From Candidatus Versatilivorator sp. (GTDB lineage: Bacteria > Acidobacteriota > Terriglobia > Versatilivoradales > Versatilivoraceae): DNA of 64,000 bases. Positions 1 through 9,798 of the stretch are shown here, one piece after another; within the stretch, counting starts at the first letter, position 1, and each line of letters opens with the position of its first letter. Under the pieces are notes generated by a model, which made no database searches, was not told the DNA's origin, and saw only the letters and a list, made by a program, of their open reading frames with translations. The DNA lies in assembly GCA_965207735.1 (NCBI GenBank), contig OZ242296.1, positions 3,712,001 through 3,776,000 of the forward strand. Direction: 5' to 3'. Position numbers and translations under genes: made by a program.

Positions 1-491
1 ATGGTCGATCGGTAGCTGGAGCGCCCCCCGCCTCTCGGGTCGGCGTAGCCTCGGGACTGGTGATGCTTGACCAGGTCGGTATGCCCGGGGCGCACTTCCC
101 CCGCGGGTCCCGCAAACTGCTCATAGTCCTGTGGCCGCTTGGATGACGAAAGAACCAGGGCGGCTACCGGTTCGCCGCTGCTGCAGCCCTCCTCATAAGA
201 GGGGACCGTGAGTGCCTGGCCCTCATCGCCAACGCGGATCGGGGGGCCGGCGGTCAACTGTTCGGTATTCTCCTGGTATATGCCCGACAAGAGGATCAAC
301 CGGTCCTGCTCGCGCCGAGGTGTCCCGTGCTTGCTGCTCCCCGGCCGCCTGCGATCAAGGTAGCGCTGGATCCTTTCTCGGGAAATCCTGAGCCCGGGAG
401 GGCAACCGAAAACAATGGTCGTGATGGCGGGCCCGTGGGATTCTCCGGCGCCGGCAACCCCGTACAACGGACCACCCAATATCTCCATCAT
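1..491 (-). CDS. aroC: Chorismate synthase, N-terminal part (runs off window edge; not in ORF track)
   Basis: Manual translation of the minus strand from ATG 491/488 (AGGAG upstream): MMEILGG...GESHG...RRRPG...RPGHTD...RGGGRSSYRST, matching the AroC signature motifs GESHG, RPGHAD, RGGGRSSARET. Confidence 0.85.
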   Translation of the reverse strand, partial: MMEILGGPLYGVAGAGESHGPAITTIVFGCPPGLRISRERIQRYLDRRRPGSSKHGTPRREQDRLILLSGIYQENTEQLTAGPPIRVGDEGQALTVPSYEEGCSSGEPVAALVLSSSKRPQDYEQFAGPAGEVRPGHTDLVKHHQSRGYADPRGGGRSSYRST

Positions 492-777
492 CAACTCCTG
501 GTAAGGCGTGAACTGACAAATGCCATATTATCACAAGCTTAGACTTAAATTTCCAGCGGGATGGCGTAGATCCCGTCAAAAGGGGTTGATCTTGAGCAGG
601 TGATTGGGGAGCGGGAGCCGAGCCGGGTCCGCCGTGAGGCTTGGTCCGACCCGCGCGCTCGCACCCCGGAGCGATTCCATTTGCCTTTCGCTAGGCGAGT
701 CCGCCGTTGAATTTCCAAGGCAGGCCCCATATAGTGTCGCCGGCCAAGGAACAGAGACGAATACGCCCCTAAGACCG

Positions 778-1680
778 ATGACACAACCATCCTCCGGAGT
801 GAAGGTGGGCCTGCTGCAGATGGCGAGTTGCCCGCAACCTCGCGACAACCTGGAGAAGGCTCGTGAGGGAGTCCGGCAGGCAGCCGAACAGGGAGTTCAG
901 ATCCTTTGCCTGCAGGAGTTGTTCCGGTCGCAATACTTCTGCCAAACGGAAGACGAGACCTTCTTCGATCTGGCCGAGTCGATTCCCGGGCCCACGACCG
1001 AAGCCTTGTCGGAGCTGGCCCGGAGGCATCGAATGGCGATGGTCGTGCCTCTCTTCGAGAGGAGAGCGGCAGGCCTCTACCACAATACCGCGGTCGTCCT
1101 GGATGCGGACGGCGCCATGCTGGGAAGCTATCGCAAGATGCATATTCCCGACGACCCTCTCTACTACGAGAAATTCTACTTTACCCCGGGGGACCGGGGT
1201 TACCCGACGTTCGAGACCCGCTACGGGAGCATCGGCGTGCTGGTGTGCTGGGATCAGTGGTATCCGGAGGCTGCCCGGCTGATCGCCCTGGGCGGGGCCC
1301 AGATCCTCTTCTATCCCACGGCCATCGGATGGCATCCCTCGGAGAAGCAGCAATCCGGCGCCGCCGAGCAGGAGGCCTGGCAGACCATGCAGCGCTCCCA
1401 CGCCATTGCCAACGGGATCTTCGTGGCATCGGTCAACCGCGTGGGGTTCGAATGCCCCCGGGGCGGCGAGGGTCTGGAGTTCTGGGGAGGCTCGTTCGTC
1501 TGCGACCCTTTCGGCGCGGTGTTGACGGAAGCTTCCGGGGAGGAGGCACTGGTGGTGGCGGAGTGCGACTGGAGTCGAATTGAAGAAGTCCGGCGGCAAT
1601 GGCCCTTCTTGCGAGACCGCCGCATCGACAGTTACGCGCCGATCGTCAATCGCCTTCTCGATCGTCCGCCGCGGGGCTGA
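778..1680 (+). CDS. aguB: Carbon-nitrogen hydrolase, probable N-carbamoylputrescine amidase
   Basis: Nitrilase triad motifs LQELF, YRKMHIP, VCWDQWYPE; C-terminal WPFLRDRR; near agmatine deiminase. Start moved to ATG 778. Confidence 0.85.
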   Translation: MTQPSSGVKVGLLQMASCPQPRDNLEKAREGVRQAAEQGVQILCLQELFRSQYFCQTEDETFFDLAESIPGPTTEALSELARRHRMAMVVPLFERRAAGLYHNTAVVLDADGAMLGSYRKMHIPDDPLYYEKFYFTPGDRGYPTFETRYGSIGVLVCWDQWYPEAARLIALGGAQILFYPTAIGWHPSEKQQSGAAEQEAWQTMQRSHAIANGIFVASVNRVGFECPRGGEGLEFWGGSFVCDPFGAVLTEASGEEALVVAECDWSRIEEVRRQWPFLRDRRIDSYAPIVNRLLDRPPRG

Positions 1681-1782
1681 ACCCGGCGACAAGAGTGGGC
1701 TGAGCGGCCGTTTGCCGCCTCCGCGCCTGCCGCCGCTGCAGGATTGTGACAGAGGGGTTACCCTCGGAAAGGGCAGGGACCG

Positions 1783-2715
1783 ATGTCATTCTCTCCATGG
1801 ACCATGGGCCACGAGCGGACGAAGGCGGTCGTTGCTCTGTTGGCGATACTTTTCACCCTCAGCCTGGGCACCGCTACGGTGGCGGCCCAGGAGTCTCCCG
1901 CAACCGGGGAGACCTCCAGGGGCTGTTTGTGGGAAGTTTCTTCCGAGAACGGCACCTTGTTTTTGCTGGGCACCGTGCATGTTCTGAAACCCGGGACCCA
2001 TACCGTCTCTCCGGCGGCGGAAGCCGCCTTTCAGCAAGCCGGAACGATTTTGCTGGAATTGGACCTGGACGAAGGCGAATCTCCGGAGAGCCAGCAAATG
2101 TTTGCCCGGAAGGCATTGCTTCAGGGGGAGACGCTCGAGGCCAAAGTCTCCTCGGAGACCTTGGCCTTGGCCAGGGAGAAAACCGATGAGTTGGGCCTGC
2201 CCTTTGACCGGCTTCGCTCCCTGAAGCCCTGGTCTCTCAGTCTGACTCTTACCCTCTTCAAGTTGCAGACACTCGGATTCGATCCCAAGCACGGCGTCGA
2301 CCGCTACTACTTCGACAAGGGGAAACAGGCGGGCAAGGAAATCCGTGCCCTGGAATCCATGGAGTACCAGTTGGACCGGTTTGATGGAATGTCCGACAGG
2401 TTGCAAGAGGAGATGCTCTTGCAGACCCTGGAAGAACTGGGTCGGATGGAGGAAGAAATCGAAAGACTGGTGCAAGCCTGGTCCAACGGAGAGGTCAAGG
2501 TGCTGGCGGAGTTGATGCAGGAAAGTTTCGAGGATTATCCCGGCCTGTATCGAAGGCTGCTTGTCGAACGCAACAAGAACTGGCTGCTCCATCTCGAGCC
2601 CCTGCTGGATCGACCGGGAACTACGCTGGTGGTGGTCGGAGCGCTCCACCTGGTGGGACCGGAGAGCGTGGTGGCACTTCTGGAGAACCGGGGATATACA
2701 GTGAAGCAGTTGTGA
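1783..2715 (+). CDS. TraB/GumN family protein with signal peptide
   Basis: Motifs LLGTVH, GVD, LE..EYQ, RNKNW, VVGALHLVG; hydrophobic N-terminus with AxA-like cleavage site. Confidence 0.85.
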   Translation: MSFSPWTMGHERTKAVVALLAILFTLSLGTATVAAQESPATGETSRGCLWEVSSENGTLFLLGTVHVLKPGTHTVSPAAEAAFQQAGTILLELDLDEGESPESQQMFARKALLQGETLEAKVSSETLALAREKTDELGLPFDRLRSLKPWSLSLTLTLFKLQTLGFDPKHGVDRYYFDKGKQAGKEIRALESMEYQLDRFDGMSDRLQEEMLLQTLEELGRMEEEIERLVQAWSNGEVKVLAELMQESFEDYPGLYRRLLVERNKNWLLHLEPLLDRPGTTLVVVGALHLVGPESVVALLENRGYTVKQL

Positions 2716-2743
2716 GTCGGGATGGTCCGACCCGACTACCGCC

Positions 2744-3826
2744 ATGGGCCTGATCGCGATTCCTCACGGTTACCGCATGCCGGCGGAATGGGAGCCTCAC
2801 GAGGCCACCTGGATCGCCTGGCCGCACTATCGGGCCGATTGGCCCGGCAAGTTCGCGGCCATCCCCTGGGTGTTCGGCGAGGTGGCGCGCCGCCTGCACG
2901 CTCAGGAACGGGTCAGGATCCTGGTGGAGAACGGGCGGCTGGAACAGCGGGCCCGCAGGCTGCTTTCGCAGGCCGAGGTGGATACGGCCGCCGTTGAATT
3001 CCACCAGGTGGCCACCAACCGCAGCTGGGTGCGCGACGCGGGTCCCGTATTCATCCGGCAATGCGGTTCCGGGCCGGGCGAGATGGGTATTCTGGACTGG
3101 AAGTTCAACGGCTGGGCCCGGTACTCCAACTGGCGGCGCGACGACGCCGTTCCCGGCGCGATCGCCCGGCTGCTCGGACTGAACTGCTGGCAACCAAGGA
3201 CGACGCCCGGGGGGCGCAGGATTGTTCTGGAAGGGGGCAGCATCGACGTGAACGGCCGGGGCACCCTGGTCACCACCGAGGAATGTCTGCTCAGCCCCAT
3301 CCAGGCCCGCAACCCCGGCCTCTCCAAGCCGGAGCTGGAGAAAGTCTTCCGGCGCTGTCTCGGCGTCCGCAAAGTCCTGTGGCTGGGTCGAGGCATTGCC
3401 GGCGACGATACCCATGGCCACGTGGACGACATCGCCCGCTTCGTGAACCCGACCACACTGGTTGTTTCTGTGGAATCCAACCGGCGGGATGCCAACTACG
3501 AGCCCCTGCGGGACAACCGGAGGCGGCTGGCGGAAGCCACCGACCAGGACGGGCGGCCCCTTCGGGTGGTTGAGCTGCCCATGCCGCAGCCCCTTTTTTT
3601 TGGCGGGCGGCGCCTCCCCGCCAGCTATGCCAACTTCTATATCGCCAACCGAACCGTCCTGGTCCCCACCTTCAACGACCCCAACGACCGCCTGGCCCTG
3701 AGCCGGCTCAGCCGATTATTCCCGGACCGTTCAGTGGTCGGCATTCACAGCGTGGATCTGGCCTGGGGTTTCGGCACCCTTCACTGCCTCACCCTGCAGC
3801 AGCCCCTGGCCGAAAACGCGGGCTAA
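2744..3826 (+). CDS. aguA: Agmatine deiminase
   Basis: MPAEWEPH, WVRD, LEGGSID, DDTHGHVDD, ASYANF, GTLHCLT.QQP motifs. Confidence 0.92.
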   Translation: MGLIAIPHGYRMPAEWEPHEATWIAWPHYRADWPGKFAAIPWVFGEVARRLHAQERVRILVENGRLEQRARRLLSQAEVDTAAVEFHQVATNRSWVRDAGPVFIRQCGSGPGEMGILDWKFNGWARYSNWRRDDAVPGAIARLLGLNCWQPRTTPGGRRIVLEGGSIDVNGRGTLVTTEECLLSPIQARNPGLSKPELEKVFRRCLGVRKVLWLGRGIAGDDTHGHVDDIARFVNPTTLVVSVESNRRDANYEPLRDNRRRLAEATDQDGRPLRVVELPMPQPLFFGGRRLPASYANFYIANRTVLVPTFNDPNDRLALSRLSRLFPDRSVVGIHSVDLAWGFGTLHCLTLQQPLAENAG

Positions 3827-6303
3827 CCCCCACCGATCGCCTGGCGGGCGGCCCGAGAGATGGCCTTGACGCCGATCTGGTAATGGTCGTAGAGCTCCTC
3901 GGTCTGACCCGACTGACCGAATTCATCCACCCCCAGACACAGGGCCTTGCTGCCGAACACGCTCCCAATGAAGGAAAGGGCGTGGGAGTGGCCGTCCAGC
4001 AGGGTGACGATGGGAACCTGGCGCTCCGAGGGCGGGATCAGGCCCTCCAGGTGGAAGGTGAAACGGGTTCCGGGGTTCTTCATCCTGAGCCTGCTGGCCT
4101 GCCGCCAGCCCCGGAAGAGCAGGTCCGGACTGGTGACCACGACAACGTTGGCGAAAATCCCTTCATGAGAGAGTTTCCGGCTGGCCTCCAGGGCCTCCAC
4201 CACCATCACCCCGCAGGTGAAGATATTGAGCACGTTCTTGCCGGGAGAGTACCTTGGATCGGACCGGTGTTCCAGGAGTCGATACCCGCCCCGCAGGACG
4301 TTCTGGCGCAGGCGCTCCAACCGTCGGGGAGCCGTTTGCCTGTCGGCCGGGAAGAGGCTTTGGGGCACCGGCCGGGTTGAGAGCCGCAGGTAGAGGATTT
4401 GGCCGCGCTTGCGGTCGAGCAGGTTCCGCAGGCCCGCCAGGAAGATCCACTCCAGCTCCTGGGCGAAAGTGGGTTCGTAGTAGACCAGGTTGGGCATCTC
4501 CATCCCGATGGAGGGTGTGATCAGGGACTGATGGGCGCCTCCCTCCGGACTTAGAGTGATGCCCGAAGGCGTGCCGGCAAAAATGAACTTGGATTCGGTG
4601 TAAGCCGCATAGGTCAGGGCATCCAGCCCACGTCCGATAAAGGGGTCATAGACGGTGCCGAATGGCAAAAGCACTTCCCCGGAGATTTCCTGTGACAGCC
4701 CCAACATGTTCAGCAGGAGAAACAGGTTGTTTTCCGAGATGCCCAGCTCGATGTGATGTCCCTTGGGGGATTGCTCCCAATTGAGCATGGAGCCCACGGC
4801 ATTCTCGCGAAAGAAATTGATCTTCTCCTCCGGGCTGTAGACCCGCATCTTGTGGATCCACCCCCCCAGGTTTGTCGAAATGGACACGTCGGGGGAAGTG
4901 GTCACCATGCGGGACGCCACCTCCGGGATACGGCTCAAGGCGGTGAGGAGGCTCCCCAGGGCTTGTTGGGTGGAGATGTCGCCCCGGTAGCCGGATCCCA
5001 GGCTGTCGGGAATCTGTAGGGGCGAGGGATCGGATGCGGCTTCGGCCTTGGCATCGCCATTGAGGAGCTTGAGGCGTGACTGGATAAACCGGTCTTCACG
5101 GCTTTCCGAAGGGAATCGGGTGAATTCTTCTCCGGACGCAACCCCCAGTCGAGACTGAAGCTCCGCCATTTGGTCCGAGGTCAAAAGCTTGGCGTGGTTC
5201 AAGGGATCCCCGGCGATCGGCAGCTCCCAACCCTTGATGGTGTAGGCGATGATGACGACCGGCTGGTCGCTAATACGGTCGGCCTCGTCCAGCCCCTCCA
5301 GGATCTTGCGCAGGTCATGGCCGCCCAGGTCGGCCAGTAGAGGCTTGACTTCATCGGTGGAGTAGCCGCTCAACAATTCCAGCAGCTCCTCGTCCTGGCC
5401 GCCGGGAGTGTTGACCAGGCGATGCCGGATCCGTTCACCGTCCTCGATGCGCAGCAGGCTCTGATATTCGTCGTTGCTCATCAGGTCGATGCGCTGTCTC
5501 AATTTCTCCCCGTGGGGACGACTGAAGACCTCCTCCAGTTTCCGGCCATACTTCAGCTCAAGCACTCGCCAGCCGTTGATCCGAAACATCTCCTCGATCT
5601 TCTGGGCCTTGCCGCTGGGGACGACGCGGTCCAGGCTCTGGCGATTGAGATCGACGATCCAGAGGACCTGGCCCAGTTCCTGCAGCGTTTCTTCGCCAAG
5701 GGCCTCCCAAACATTCCCCTCATCCAACTCCGCGTCGCCCATCAGGGCAATGAAGCGGTTGCGCCTCGGGTATCCGAAATGGTCCCGTACAAACTGTCGG
5801 GTCAGCCGAGCGAAGTTGGGAACCACCGCTCCCAAACCCACCGACCCGGTGGAGAAGTCGACCTGGTCCACGTCCTTGGTACGGCTGGGATAGGACTGAA
5901 GTCCCTTGAAGCTGCGGAACTGGCGGAGTTTCTCCTCGGGCAGGTTGCCCAGAAGATACTGAATGGCGTGGTATACCGGGGAGCCGTGAGGCTTGACGGA
6001 GACACGGTCTCCAAATCGAAGCGAGTGGAAATAGAGAGCCGTCATCAGGCTGACCATGGAGGCGCAACTGGCCTGGTGCCCCCCCACCTTGGCGCCGTTG
6101 CCGTTCTCCCGCAGGGAATTGGCGTAGTGCACGATCTGCATGCTCAGCCACAGGACTCGTTCCTGAATCCGCTCGAGAATGTCGACCTCGACATCCGCCA
6201 GATTCTCGGCAAGCTCTACGCCGACCTTGGATCCTTGGCCGTTGCTGGTGAGTTCTGGGGAATTCCCGGTCATCCCTGGACCCGCTCGCCTGGCATCAGG
6301 CAT
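3823..6303 (-). CDS. ThDP-dependent pyruvate dehydrogenase E1 (AceE)/transketolase-like protein
   Basis: KVGGHQAS, QSYPS, STGSVGLG, GDAELDEG (ThDP motif), LNRQSLD, EGGAHQS, LGVDEFGQSG. Confidence 0.85.
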   Translation of the reverse strand: MPDARRAGPGMTGNSPELTSNGQGSKVGVELAENLADVEVDILERIQERVLWLSMQIVHYANSLRENGNGAKVGGHQASCASMVSLMTALYFHSLRFGDRVSVKPHGSPVYHAIQYLLGNLPEEKLRQFRSFKGLQSYPSRTKDVDQVDFSTGSVGLGAVVPNFARLTRQFVRDHFGYPRRNRFIALMGDAELDEGNVWEALGEETLQELGQVLWIVDLNRQSLDRVVPSGKAQKIEEMFRINGWRVLELKYGRKLEEVFSRPHGEKLRQRIDLMSNDEYQSLLRIEDGERIRHRLVNTPGGQDEELLELLSGYSTDEVKPLLADLGGHDLRKILEGLDEADRISDQPVVIIAYTIKGWELPIAGDPLNHAKLLTSDQMAELQSRLGVASGEEFTRFPSESREDRFIQSRLKLLNGDAKAEAASDPSPLQIPDSLGSGYRGDISTQQALGSLLTALSRIPEVASRMVTTSPDVSISTNLGGWIHKMRVYSPEEKINFFRENAVGSMLNWEQSPKGHHIELGISENNLFLLLNMLGLSQEISGEVLLPFGTVYDPFIGRGLDALTYAAYTESKFIFAGTPSGITLSPEGGAHQSLITPSIGMEMPNLVYYEPTFAQELEWIFLAGLRNLLDRKRGQILYLRLSTRPVPQSLFPADRQTAPRRLERLRQNVLRGGYRLLEHRSDPRYSPGKNVLNIFTCGVMVVEALEASRKLSHEGIFANVVVVTSPDLLFRGWRQASRLRMKNPGTRFTFHLEGLIPPSERQVPIVTLLDGHSHALSFIGSVFGSKALCLGVDEFGQSGQTEELYDHYQIGVKAISRAARQAIGGG

Positions 6304-6351
6304 CTTTCCGCCGACTCGGTGGGTTACTCCGATTCAGTCCCCCGTGGCCGG

Positions 6352-7317
6352 TCAGTGGTAGGGTTTCAACCGTTTCACGCAGTGGGCAATTTGCTGGAGG
6401 ATCGCCGGCGGTGGCGGGGCGTTGAACGGACCCCCTTCTCCCAGGTCGATGTCCTGGAACCCACCCAGCCGGCCGGCGGCAACCACGGCGGAGTAGTTGT
6501 AGATTCGATCCTCCATGAAACGAATCTCTTCAAGTCCCGAAACCACTTGCTCCAACTCGGCGCAGGCCTCGAAGTCCTCGCGCCGGCAGGCGTTGTTGAT
6601 GGCATCGCAGAGGCGGGGACAGATCAGCGTCAGCCCGGAGGTGTGGCCCCGTGCGCCCAGGCGGGCCGCCGCCGTCACCCGGTCGCCCACTCCCCAAAGT
6701 ACCCTCTTGGAGCGGGGCACTGCCTTTCGAAGCACCTGCACGTCTGCGGGCTGGGTGCCCACCTTGATGCCGGCTATGTTGGCAAATCTGGTGGCGAGTC
6801 TAGCATAGGCCGCGTTCAGGCGGCCAGTGCGCAGGTAGAGGACAAAGCGGCCTGCCCCTCGGTCTTGAAAGAATTCCGATAGAGCGGAGAGCTCGGCTTC
6901 AACACCCTCGGGGTTGCACAGACCGGGAATGGGCATCAGCAGAAAGTAGTCGGGGGGTCTCTCCAGGCTCAGGCATTCCTGGATGAATCGCCTGGATTCG
7001 GAGGGGGGCGTGGGAATGACCCCGGCCATGAAGAGTGCCTCGGCGCCCAACTGGCGCCCGGTCGACTGGACCAGTTCCAACAGGGTGCTCCGGTCGAGGT
7101 GGTGGATCAGGCTGGTTCCCCCGATCCCGATGACCCGCCTCCGCCCTTCATCCAGAAAACAGTTTCCCAGCAAGTAGTCCACGTTTCTGGCGTGCGCCCG
7201 CCCGTCCAACCGTCCTCCCCGAAAGGGCATCGGCAACAGCACGGTGACAGTGTCGAGTTCGGCGAAGGGGTCCAGTGCGGCTCCCTTCTCAAATAACTGC
7301 TTGGACTGTATCTGCAT
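6352..7317 (-). CDS. Dihydrodipicolinate synthase (DHDPS/NAL) family protein, divergent
   Basis: TIM-barrel pattern L.MPF...LD, VLYLR (Tyr), IAGIKVG (Schiff-base Lys), GARGHTSG; start chosen at MQIQSK. Confidence 0.7.
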   Translation of the reverse strand: MQIQSKQLFEKGAALDPFAELDTVTVLLPMPFRGGRLDGRAHARNVDYLLGNCFLDEGRRRVIGIGGTSLIHHLDRSTLLELVQSTGRQLGAEALFMAGVIPTPPSESRRFIQECLSLERPPDYFLLMPIPGLCNPEGVEAELSALSEFFQDRGAGRFVLYLRTGRLNAAYARLATRFANIAGIKVGTQPADVQVLRKAVPRSKRVLWGVGDRVTAAARLGARGHTSGLTLICPRLCDAINNACRREDFEACAELEQVVSGLEEIRFMEDRIYNYSAVVAAGRLGGFQDIDLGEGGPFNAPPPPAILQQIAHCVKRLKPYH

Positions 7318-7389
7318 GGCCTCTTTCTCCCAGGATTCCAAGTCGTTTTCGCCTCCCACCCGAGGCTTACTTCCTGAATCTGCGGCGGG

Positions 7390-8580
7390 CTAAGGAGCTC
7401 GCCGAGTAGTGTAGGCCCAAACCAGTTTTCTTGCCTTGGGCCAGGAACGGGAAATCACAAAAATCACCGTAGAGACGATCACAAACAGGCCTGCCGAAGT
7501 AAAAATCCAGAGGTATTCCCACTGGTTCCCGATGTAACCCCACAGCGGAGACCCCAGGAACATGCCCAGGGCGAACGCGGACATGTACAGGCTCATGGCA
7601 TTTCCGGTGTGCAGGGGATGAAAACGCTGGGCGGCATACGAGCTCAAGGCCGGGTAGTAGAGGCCATGGCTCAACCCGCAACCGAACCCGATGACTCCCA
7701 ATTGCCAGGCATGGGCGGCCTGAGGAATCAGTCCGAGCCCTACCCCATAAAGGGTAAGGCTGGAGATGGCGATCAGGCGATTCTTCCCCCGATCCAGCCT
7801 TTGACTCAGACCCAGGCGACTCATCAAGGCTCCTGAACCGTAGCCAATGCCAAAGGCGGAGACGGCTCCGGCCCCGATCCAACTCACGGTGGGAGCCAAG
7901 AAGCTGTTCCAGGCGGACAAGCTCATACCAAAGCAGAAAGCGAAGAAGATCACCGGCCTCAAATTGGGAAAGCTCTCCCTGAAGGCGCGGCTGAACGGTT
8001 CCCGTCGAGTGCCCTTGGGAGCCAGGGGACGCGGAAGGCGGCGGAGGAGAATGACAACCGCCAGGAAGCTGACCAGAATGAGGGTGAACACCCCGACCAT
8101 CCCCCAGGAGTGACGCAACACCTCGGCGATAGCCGGACCGAGTCCCATCATCACGAACCCCGGCAGGCCGAAATAGCCCATGACTCGCCCCTTGAGGTTT
8201 TGGGGCACCGACCGCACCAAATGAAAAAGAGCGCCGGCCCGGACCATGGAAGCCCCGGCGCCATGAAGGGCGCGAGCTGCAAAGAGGGCCTCCGGCCACC
8301 AGAGACTCACCCAGTAGAAGGCACAGCCGCTCAAGGCAACGCCGGCGCCGATCAGGGCCGTAGGCACGTTTCCGATGCGGTCGGCCAGATGCCCCGAGAA
8401 GATCTGGGAAAGGAGAGCAAATACGAAAAAAACGCCCATGGCCCAACCGATCTTTTGGGCCGACCATCCCTGATGGACCAGGTAGTCCGGGACCAGGATC
8501 AGCGTCCACATGGCGAGGCTCAGCAGGGCGCTGATGCTCAAATAGGCGAGGAATTTAAAACCTTCTCGATTCAGTGGCAT
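7390..8580 (-). CDS. MFS transporter
   Basis: About 12 hydrophobic segments; motif-A-like GHLADRIG; probable start ATG 8580. Confidence 0.85.
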   Translation of the reverse strand: MPLNREGFKFLAYLSISALLSLAMWTLILVPDYLVHQGWSAQKIGWAMGVFFVFALLSQIFSGHLADRIGNVPTALIGAGVALSGCAFYWVSLWWPEALFAARALHGAGASMVRAGALFHLVRSVPQNLKGRVMGYFGLPGFVMMGLGPAIAEVLRHSWGMVGVFTLILVSFLAVVILLRRLPRPLAPKGTRREPFSRAFRESFPNLRPVIFFAFCFGMSLSAWNSFLAPTVSWIGAGAVSAFGIGYGSGALMSRLGLSQRLDRGKNRLIAISSLTLYGVGLGLIPQAAHAWQLGVIGFGCGLSHGLYYPALSSYAAQRFHPLHTGNAMSLYMSAFALGMFLGSPLWGYIGNQWEYLWIFTSAGLFVIVSTVIFVISRSWPKARKLVWAYTTRRAP

Positions 8581-8623
8581 ACAGCCCACATTATAGTGCA
8601 GCCTTCCTGTGTGTAACCGCAAG

Positions 8624-9481
8624 AGATCACACTCTGACCAACAAGTTGCTGAAAATAGATGACCTATCATCATGAATCCGGCGACCTGGTGAGAAATGCG
8701 GGCTTGCCTGAAACAACCGACAAGAGACAAGAGAAAAAGAGTTATCCACGAAGGGCCACGAAGAACGACGAAGGGGCACTAAGGCGCATTTCTCACCCTG
8801 TGTCGCACTGTCGCGAAGAGTGCTGAAAGGGAGGGTCGTGATTGGCGTCATCTTGGAGAGGTAGTGCGTTTCGGGGCGATGCTGCTAAATCGCCGCCTAC
8901 GCGGCTACGGGAGTGCGGAGATACGACGTCCATGGGCTTACGCCCACGGCTACCTGCTGCCGCGGCTACGCCGCTTTATAAGGAAGACCTGTAGGGGACG
9001 TTTCCTCGGGCGAGCCAGGCCAACCGCGGCTTCACCGCTCTCCCCTAAACCACGACACTGCCGGGCGGACAGGATTTATTAAAGGATGACAATCCCCCGG
9101 GCGCCAGCCCGGGGGTTCCAGGAAGCCGCGTAGGCGGCGGCAGCAAATGCCGGTGAGCCCACGTGAAGCGCAGGGCAACGCAATGGCGTTTCTCACCTGC
9201 AAAAAAGCATCTTGAGCCGGCTTCCCTGAGAGCCGCGTAGCGGCGCCAGCAGGTAGCCGTGGGCGTCAGCCCATGGGAAACGTGCATCGGAAACGTAACC
9301 GATTGGAGTTGAGCCGCGAAGGCGGCGGCAGCAATCATCCCTGGCGTTCGCTCCCGAGCAAGCCCGGGCGCACCCAGCGCAGTCTGTACCCTGAAGGCTC
9401 CGCCCAAAAGCGCGGCAAGACGTTAAAGACAAACCCTTTCCCAGCCGATGCCCAGCCCCCCCGGTGAGAAATGAGGGCCAA
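8624..9481. repeat. Composite intergenic cluster of MITE ends, REP-like hairpins and short tandem repeats
   Basis: GGTGAGAAATGCGGGCT-type ends at 8688-8704, 8779-8797 (rc), 9186-9197 (rc) and 9463-9480; inverted REP-like units 8891-8975 vs 9231-9332 and 9124-9144; CACGAAG-type tandem units 8746-8784. Confidence 0.75.
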
Positions 9482-9798
9482 GGCTCTGAGGTTAACCGCG
9501 ACGGGATACCAGGCTCGCGAAGGGATGATCGATTTCTGATTGTTTCGCTCTCGTATGATCCGCACACCAGGGCAGGGGCAAGGCTTGCCTTTGTCTTCTC
9601 CTCCGGCCGACTTCTTGGCCTTTCCGGCCAAAACGATTGAAGAGCCGGTTGGGCATCGATAAACTATCGAAGCACAAGACCTGTGTAGGTGAATTGACCC
9701 CGGGCTCGGTGGCGTCTAGAGAAGGGTGGATTCAGTCGCACCGAAAGAGGGGAGAGGTCTCGGCGATGAGTCCCGGTTCCTATGGGAGGATCAAGAAG

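Noticed and set aside
8746-9332. Possible CRISPR array
   Set aside because: Repeats are inverted or degenerate, lack regular unique spacers, and no cas genes are present.
8864-9677. Short ORFs across the 8.6-9.6 kb gap
   Set aside because: They are translations of REP/MITE repeat sequence (e.g. PWAYAHGYLL and PWADAHGYLL recur), not genes.
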